The position numbers and the translations under genes were made by a program. This document shows positions 52,370-64,000 of a stretch of DNA of 64,000 nucleotides, piece after piece. The notes beneath the pieces were generated by a model that did no database searches, was not told where the DNA came from, and saw only the letters and a list, made by a program, of their open reading frames with translations. The stretch lies in the NCBI GenBank assembly GCA_963693365.1, contig CAVNZM010000010.1, positions 744,001 through 808,000 on the forward strand, in the 5' to 3' direction. The DNA comes from Amoebidium appalachense. Taxonomy: Eukaryota; Protista; Ichthyosporea. Position 1 is the first letter of the stretch. The number at the start of each line of letters is the position of its first letter.

Positions 52370-52568
52370 TTATTCTGGTTCGTCAGACGAGCTCTCTGAA
52401 TCCTGTTGAAGACATTGCAATGATTAATCAGCTATTAGGTGCGTGGGTGAGATAAGAAGGGCAGATGTGGTTAGTGTGTGTGTATATATATATATATATA
52501 TATCTCCCCCCCCCCTCCCCCCTCCCTCTCTCTCTCTCCCCCCCCCCCCCCCCCCCCCCTCTCTCTCG

Positions 52569-52601
<33 letters not shown>

Positions 52602-52681
52602 TGTGTGCGCGTGTGTGCGCGCGCGCGCGTGTGTGTGTTTGTGTTTGTGTGAGCGCGCACATGTGTGTGTATGTGGGGGGT

Positions 52682-52715
<34 letters not shown>

Positions 52716-54131
52716 GGGGGGGGAGGGGGGGGGGGGGGGTGGGGGGATAATGGCGCAGCATGGTGGTTAGAGAGGGAAGGGAAGAATCCAAGCATAACCA
52801 AAAGAACAAACACTCTTCATGTCTCCGTGTCATCTTCTCTTTCTCCATATTACCGTATGCTAGCACGACGGGAGATAAGTTTAGAACGGTACATGGGCTG
52901 TCAGCAGAGTCTATTATCAAAGAAGCCTCTATGAGTTTTGATAGCAGCAACTTTTCGTTGATGGGTGATGGCCTTCCAATTTTTTCCTTTCAAAAGCAAC
53001 AAGTATACATGTTTTCATGTTTTGACTATGGACGAGTGAGATTGATTAAAGGAGACGTAGTCCATAATAACAAAATCACAACCGTTTGCATGCACGCACA
53101 AGCTCGTAAAACCCTCGTGTGTGTATAGATGTGTCCGCGGAGATTGCGGATTAAAAGCTAGCAGGCCTGGATCGACGAAATGGGCCCGAATCCCTTTTCA
53201 TCCCTAAAAAACACTGTATTATATGCACTATAAGCCTAACAAACTTAGGCTTAAAACACGAAGTATTAAAAGACCTTTTTATTGACACCATTCGTTGCTT
53301 GGCGCGACAAAAAAAACATAAACTTTTACTAAGTAAGACTTGGTTCTGTAGCCAAAACGCCGCCGGCGCCGGTGGCGTTAGAAGTTCAAATTGCCATCCG
53401 ATGAGATGCCCCCGGGGGGAGCCTACGAATTTGAGCTGACACATTTGATTGGTCAATTTAGATAGACAGTCCAACATTTCGAATTTCGGTCGTTATGAAG
53501 GGGTGTGCATTAACGTTTTACTTAGTGAGAGTTTGCGTTATAATTTATTATGCAGCAAAACTTGGTACCAAAATGAGCGCCTTTGTTTTCTGTGAATTTT
53601 TAATTAAGCATGTATGGGGTTTTGACAGCTGCAGCGGCTGAAATATCGAATAAAATGCTGGCGACATACGCCATTATCGATCTGGGCCTGCTAGCGTTTA
53701 TTCCGTCGAATCTGGTCCTGGGCGGCCGCGGACACATCTATGTGTGTGTGCGTGCGTGTGTGCGTGCATGCGTGCGTGCGTGCGTGCGTGTGTGTGGTGG
53801 TGGCGGTGGCGGTAGTGGTGGTGGTGGTGACGGTTGTTTCTGTGTGTTGTATGTGTTTGGAGAAAAGGGAGAGGAGGAGACGGAGGGTTGAATTGTGTTA
53901 AGACAATTTACATAGGGACAACGCATTGTAGATTTTTCAGATAAGAGCACATACAAAGGTATGGATTAAACTTGTGTGTGTGTGTGTGCGTGCGTGCGTC
54001 TGTGTGTGCGTGTGTGCGTCTGTGTGTGTAGTGGTGGTGGTATGGTGGTGGTGATGGTTGCGTGTGTATGTGTGTATATGTATGTATGTATGTGTGTGTG
54101 TGTGTGTGTGGGTGTGGGTGGGTGGGTGGGT

Positions 54132-54166
<35 letters not shown>

Positions 54167-54355
54167 TCTGCCATACCTCACTTTCCTCCTCTCCCACTTC
54201 CATCTTCACCGGCTCATCCGGAATTACATGGACCCACTGGAATGAAAATTCCTTTGGAAGTTCGGTGGTTTCAAAACGTGAGGCGCGACTCATGTGACCA
54301 CAGAGCATTCGGGCTGTTTCTTGGGTGGGGGGCCACGTTTGCATGTGCGACGAGA

Positions 54356-54454
<99 letters not shown>

Positions 54455-55074
54455 AGGGGGGGGAGTGGGGAGGGGGGGGGGGGGGGGGAGAATCCCTTCT
54501 CTCACGAAAAAAGGGGGGGGGGGGGAGGGGGGGAGGTATGTGATTAGTGATGGAGGGAACTGAGGAAAGCAGAACCAGACATAACACACAACAAAACCAT
54601 AACATAACGAACCAAACTACTTGTGCTTTCTATAGGTACTTAAACCGGCCCGATTTATACAGGAGCCCTTATTGCCCCACCAGCCAACTGGCCTCAGCCT
54701 TACAACCTCTCGCGCCCAGGTATTTACGTATGTGTGTGTGGGTGGGGTGGTGTGGGGTGGTGTTTGTGGTTGTGGTGGTGGGGTGGGGTGGGGGGCTGGT
54801 TAGAATGCACAGCAAGGTACGAAGTACAGCTACACGATAATAAACACGCTGCAGGACGCATGCAAAGGCATACAGGTAATTATGCAAAATCAGAAATCCT
54901 TAGTATGGAAAAAAGCAGAAACCATCCTCCGGGGGGGGGGGGGGGGGAGGGGGGGGACGATTAGAGGTTTGGATTGGTGGAGGCGGAGAGATCAACAGGC
55001 CGACACGAAACGGAAAAAAAAAGGGGTGAACCGGAGGGTGGTGGGGAGGGGGAGAGGCGGCGGGGAGGGGGAGG

Positions 55075-55105
<31 letters not shown>

Positions 55106-55617
55106 AGAGAGAGAGAGAGAGAGGGGTGTGTGTGTGTGTGTGGTGGTTTGCACCTCTCGGGTAATCGTCGTCATATTTGCCAACTGGCCCTGGGCTTTTG
55201 CTTCCGTAGCCACCCTTTCCTTCTCGAGTTTTCTGTCCATCCACGCAATCTGGGCTTGGGCCTCTCTGTGTATCTGCTCTGTCATCTCCTTGATACGCCG
55301 GTCACGCTCACGAATGCATTGTTGGGCCATTGCCTAAAAAGGAAAAGGAATTTAAGGAGGCAGGCTCTCGTTACGGTTAAACATGTATACACCCCCCCCC
55401 CCCTCCCTGCCCCCCCCCCCCCCCCCCCCCCCCCCATCCAAAAAAAAAAGAAAAGAAAAAAAGAAAAAAAAACCCACCCACTCCCCCCTCCCTGCGGCCG
55501 CCGGTCACGCTCAAGAATGCATTGCTGGGTCATTGCCTTAAAAAAAATGGAATGAAAGGAGGCAGGCTCTCGTTACGGTTAAACATGTATTACCACACCA
55601 CCCAACCCCCACACCTC

Positions 55618-55649
<32 letters not shown>

Positions 55650-56341
55650 CCCTCCCGCCCATGCCGGCCACGCTCAAAAATGCATTGCCATTGGTCATTG
55701 CCTCAGAAGGAAATGGAATGTAAGGAGGCAGGCTCTCGTTACGATTTTGTATGTATCCCCCCTCCCCCTCTCCCCCCACCCACCCACGCCCTCCCCTCCC
55801 CCCTCCCCCCCTCCCCCCTTCCCACCCCCCTCCTCCTCCTTCCCATCGGAGAAAATAAACAATCAACAGCGCCCGACCACCGTCTCCCTCACTCGTCTAC
55901 CACCCATCCTAAACACTGGTTTGGATTTTGTTTCATCTACGAAACCAAGGCTTACCCATATATAGGTTTGCCCCCTCCCCCCCCCCCCCTCCCCCCCCCC
56001 CTTCCCCCCCCCTTCCCCCCCCCCCCCCCCCCCCCCCCCGGGGGCGCCATCCTTTCTCCCCCCTCCCCCCCCCCCCCCCTCCACACACACACACACAACC
56101 ACCCACGTTCTAGCGCAAAAAGACCATATCCAGCACGGACTTACAGGCACACATGGTCTGTGTTTGTGTACTTGCATAAATGTGAGTGCAGGTGCATGTG
56201 GGTGCTGTGTGTGTGCGATGTGCGCGCGAGCGCGTGTGTATGTAACGTGTGCACGAATGTGTATATGCGCCTATCTTTGAATGGTAGAGGGGCCTATCTT
56301 TGAATGGTAGAGGGGGAGTGGGGGGGGGGGGGAGGGGGGGG

Positions 56342-56374
<33 letters not shown>

Positions 56375-57820
56375 GGGGGGTACCATTCGAGTCTGCTCAA
56401 GGTGTTGTCTCACGTCATCCCGCTGATTTTCGAGCTTTGCCTTCTTCTCGGCCACTTCCCTTACTGCTTTTCGTGCGCGATTCCGGAAATCACTGAGTTT
56501 TTCGGATTTGCAATTGAAGTGTAAAGAATGGCTGTCTTTCTTGCACATCTTGCACCTAAGCGCATGGGTTTCACAGTCGCAAATATACTTGAGTTTCGTT
56601 CTTTCGGGGAATCTGGATTGTCCGACGTGGATAGGGCAGTCGGCATAGGCTATACTGCCATCATCGTCTGAGGTGTGGCTCTCGGCGCGACGTTTTTTCT
56701 GTTTTTTTGGATCTGTATTTTCAGAATCAGAGCCTGCCCGCTTTACGGCAATCGGTGTAGTGTTGTTGGCGGAGGCTTCATCTATGGCCCCGTAATCGGT
56801 CTTGATAGCAATCGAAATTTCGGGGTTGACATTTCCCTGTGTGTTCGGCGTGCTTGTCGCCACCATCTCGCCGGAATCCTGGGTGTTTGTTTGTTGTGCA
56901 GGTTTTGGGGCTGTTGGAATCTGTAAGTTTGACGGGTGGGTGGGTTGCCCTGGCGTGGCCGTGATAGTTGAGGGGTTTTTTCTGGGGGATACTGAAATAG
57001 GGAGTAATTGGTCCTCGGCGAGTGACCCACTCTGGGCCTGTTGGGGTGATTTGTCGATATTTCCCTTGGGCACAGGCGAATTTTGTCGTCGTGGGGGTTT
57101 TTCGGACTGTGCTAAAGCCGGGACCGGGGTCTTTGTTTTGGGCCGTGGGGGTGGTGGCTTACCCGCGATGTTTTGCTTTGAAGGGGCGGTCTTTGGGGCA
57201 CCTGTTGCATCCGGGTTTTGCAAGTTCCCGTTCTTTTCGGCCGTATTTTCGGACATTTCCCCGTCTTCGACGCCCAACCCTGGAATAAGCCGCATTTCTC
57301 CGCTGCTGTACCGTGCTTGGATCGCCTGGTGAACGCTGAAAGCCGATTGGTTAACCCGTTGTATCGCCGCTATCTGCTTGTTCTGATTGGCTTGATAGCT
57401 CTCCAGCCAATCATCCGACACGCTCCCGCACTGGCTAAGCAATTTCTCTTCATGAGCGGCCAAAATCGAAATTTCGTTCACCGATGACAACACTTTCTGA
57501 AATTTTGCCGTAATGATCTCGTTGTTTTTGCACCTTTTTCCGGCTGGCGACTCTGTGTTGGTGTTCAAGTCGTTTTCCCATATACGCCTCTTGTTGTCCC
57601 ATGTTTTTATCCAGGACCCAATCGTTTTCTTCCGTTCGTCCATGAAAACCTTGAGCCTACTTTCAGTCTCTTCTGCCCACCCCCCCTTAATGGAATGAAA
57701 CACATCAGGGTTTAGCGGGCGACGAGAGAGAGCTAATCCGAGCTCGGTTTTAGAACCCTTCTCGTCTCTGAATGGCGGGGGTCCCATGGAAATTTCAAAC
57801 AGCAGGTTAGACGGCCCCAT
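52370..57820 (-). CDS. Hypothetical protein with a long disordered region, divergent B-box-type zinc finger and coiled coil
   Basis: Exon 57820-56384 (479 codons), then phase-0 exons 55333-55154 and 54356-54177. Likely last exon 52402-52370 ([10 protein letters not shown]); an extra exon starting at 52986 is possible. Motif CPIH-x15-CDC-x6-CKMC-x4-HSLH at 56638-56519. Confidence 0.7.
53126..53740. mobile_element. Non-autonomous DNA transposon (hAT-like MITE), 615 bp
   Basis: Perfect 15-bp TIR TAGATGTGTCCGCGG / CCGCGGACACATCTA, with a subterminal inverted gctagcaggcc..gatcga. 8-bp flanks tgtgtgta / tgtgtgtg (7/8, but within a TG tract). Confidence 0.8.
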
Positions 57821-57902
57821 GTCAAGTGTTTGCGTATTCAGCCCCTGCAGATGGAGAAAGAACGATTAGAGATGAAAGATGGGGTGATGGTGGTTGGGGG
57901 AA

Positions 57903-57938
<36 letters not shown>

Positions 57939-59073
57939 AAAAGGTTCTATGGGTTTGGTTCTACGACCGTCACAGACTGGAATGGGAAAGAGTCGAGGGT
58001 CGACTAACGAGGAAATGAAGGTAGTGAGAAGTGACGGGAAAAAAAAGGAGGGGGGGGGGGGGGGGGGGGGAGGGGATGATGAAAGGGGTGAGGCGAGAAA
58101 GAGTGGGCGGGAGAGAGAGAACGAGAGAGCTAGCGGGGAAGGGATGGAGGCAAATGGGGTAGGAGGCTGGGAGGAGCTGAAGGAGAGAGGGGGAGGGGAT
58201 GGGAGGAAGGGAGGGGGAGAGGATTTGAGGGAGGGAGACAAGTGACAGGTTGTGGCAGGTTGAGAATGATGTATAAGAAACGGTTGGCAGGACAAACGTG
58301 AGGCTAATAGTTGCTGGGAGAAGAGTCCCCTGTCCTGCCTTACGAACCCTCACCCCACATCGCTCTTAGAGCGACAGAAACAACCCAAGAGCACCAAAGG
58401 TATACTGAAAGATGTACGAGGGGTCAGAGTTTAGTTGGAAAAAGGGACACAGCGGGGCCCAGTGGGGGGGGGGGGGGGGGGGGGGGGGTTGTTGGAACAA
58501 AGAGAAGTGAAGGCAAGAAAGAGAGGGCTCGGACGGATATTTGTGTCAAAGCCTCCGCTACAAAAACAAAGCCACATCAAAAAAAGTGCAAGCAAAGTTT
58601 TACAGTTGGTTTCAACTTTGAACAGCCTCAAAACAAAATGGAGAGCACAACGCCTATATTACCTAACCTATCACTGCCTACCTTGATAAGCAACAGGTAT
58701 CCGGTCTTTTCACGCTCAGAGGCACACACACAAGCACGTAACATGAACGAGTGTCAGACGGGACATCATAAGGCCTTTATTGTGCCTCAGACCTGAAAAC
58801 ATGTTTTCAAAGGCTCAGGAACAGTGACTTGCAGGTCGGGCTCCAAAATGTACTTGCCATATATGGCTATGTATACTCGCTTTTCATTGATATGTTTTCC
58901 CGCCATTTTCTTTATAAGGCTATATCGCTGCTGGCAGTTTCAAATTAATTATAATGAAGTTTTTTTCATTTTTTTTTTTTTGGGGTAGCTCGTGAACCGT
59001 TCTTACCCATCGGAAGCAACCGTTTCACAATATACATCTTTCTACTTAAAAAATATCAAGCGGTTTTCAGAAA

Positions 59074-62876
<3,803 letters not shown>

Positions 62877-63795
62877 GTGTGTAATTGTAGCTCCAGTGTT
62901 TATCGCATTTTTGTTACGGGAACAGAGGTAGGGGGGGGGGGGGGGGGGAGGGGGGGGGGGGCTAATCTTTTTCAGGAATGTTTTCTTCTAATATACGCCC
63001 GCTGTATTCGTGCGTAACCTCCTTTGGCCAACAAACAAGCCACTACCAGGGTGGGTAATTCTTGCTTTAGTGTTAATTGCATTTTTGTTTGGGGAAGGGG
63101 GGGGGGGGGGGGGGGAGGGGGGGGGGTGAAAGGTCTATTTTTTTTCAGGAAGGAGCTCCCTTATTATGTCTGCTGTGTTCTCTTCCCCACTCTTTTGTGC
63201 GTGTTACGGGGAGGGGGGGGGGGGGGGGGGGGGAAGGGGGGAGGGGGTGCCGAAGGGGGGGGGGGGAGAGGGGGGGGGGGTGAAAGGTGTATTCATTTTC
63301 AGGAAGGGGCTCCCTTACTATGTCTGCTGTGTTCTCTTCCCCACTCTTTTGTGTATGTTACCTCTTTCGGCTACTCCCCTTAAACCTCGTTGCAGAGATG
63401 GGTTTTGCAAAATACGGAATGTTTTTCTGCATTTATGTCCCTCAAGGGAAATCACTGATCGAAAATCCGAAAATTTTCGATTTGTAGACCATCACAATGA
63501 TCGGAATCGGGTCTGTTATTCCGATCAATCAAATATAGCAAGATAGATTCTTTGATCTTTAATGCAAAGAAAGTGGTCAAAAAAGAGGAATTGTGCAGAG
63601 AAGATAGAAAAGTGATTAACTCACATGTTTGTGTATGAGCACATTTTGATCCTATCCCCAAATTTCGGCTCAACAGTTTGGCCGCAACAAAGGGATTAAT
63701 TTTGGATATTTATGTTTGTTTGGTTTTAACTTGTATTTGTGGGCTGGCGGGTGGGCGGGCAGGTGGGCGGGGGACGCCCAGGGGGGGGGGGAGGG

Positions 63796-63833
<38 letters not shown>

Positions 63834-64000
63834 GTCAGTGCTTACCTGTGTGTATGGGTGCCGAATCGTGTGTGGGCGTGCATGCATGAGGGTGAGTGGA
63901 CATGTGGTAGAACTCGCAGACGGTAGGTAGGCATTTGCGTGTTTGTGTGTGTGCGTGTGTACGTGTGTGTGTGTGTGTATGTGGGGGGGGGGGGGGGGGG

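Noticed and set aside
53603-53737. Terminal exon [10 protein letters not shown]... of the B-box gene
   Set aside because: It is the right end of the TIR element.
63393-63670. DNA transposon end (cagagatggg start, hairpin tgatcggaat/attccgatca)
   Set aside because: No matching second TIR or TSD is identifiable.

Overview
Eukaryotic genomic DNA with intron-rich genes whose introns are packed with poly-C/poly-G runs and (CA)/(GT)/(CT)/(GA) microsatellites. Most ORFs in the supplied track are translations of these repeats. By reading splice sites and checking phase by hand I reconstructed eight protein-coding genes: the 3' part of Rab7 (+), an intronless secreted orphan (+), an intronless renalase-family flavoprotein (+), a proteinase-K-type subtilisin with a Thr/Pro tail (+), a 14-exon EF-hand + adenylate/UMP-CMP kinase fusion (-), a POFUT2-like O-fucosyltransferase ending in RDEL (-), a B-box/coiled-coil orphan (-), and the 5' part of ER glucosidase I (+). 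Mobile DNA includes a tRNA-derived SINE with an 18-bp TSD, a hAT-type non-autonomous element, palindromic MITE-like relics and probable decayed LINE fragments. The most unusual signal is a dispersed ~150-nt repeat, present as six full or partial copies. Its helices are preserved by compensatory changes between divergent copies, and it carries all three hammerhead-ribozyme core strands in a non-canonical, non-nested order. A unicellular opisthokont (possibly holozoan) source is my inference only. No searches or folding programs were run.
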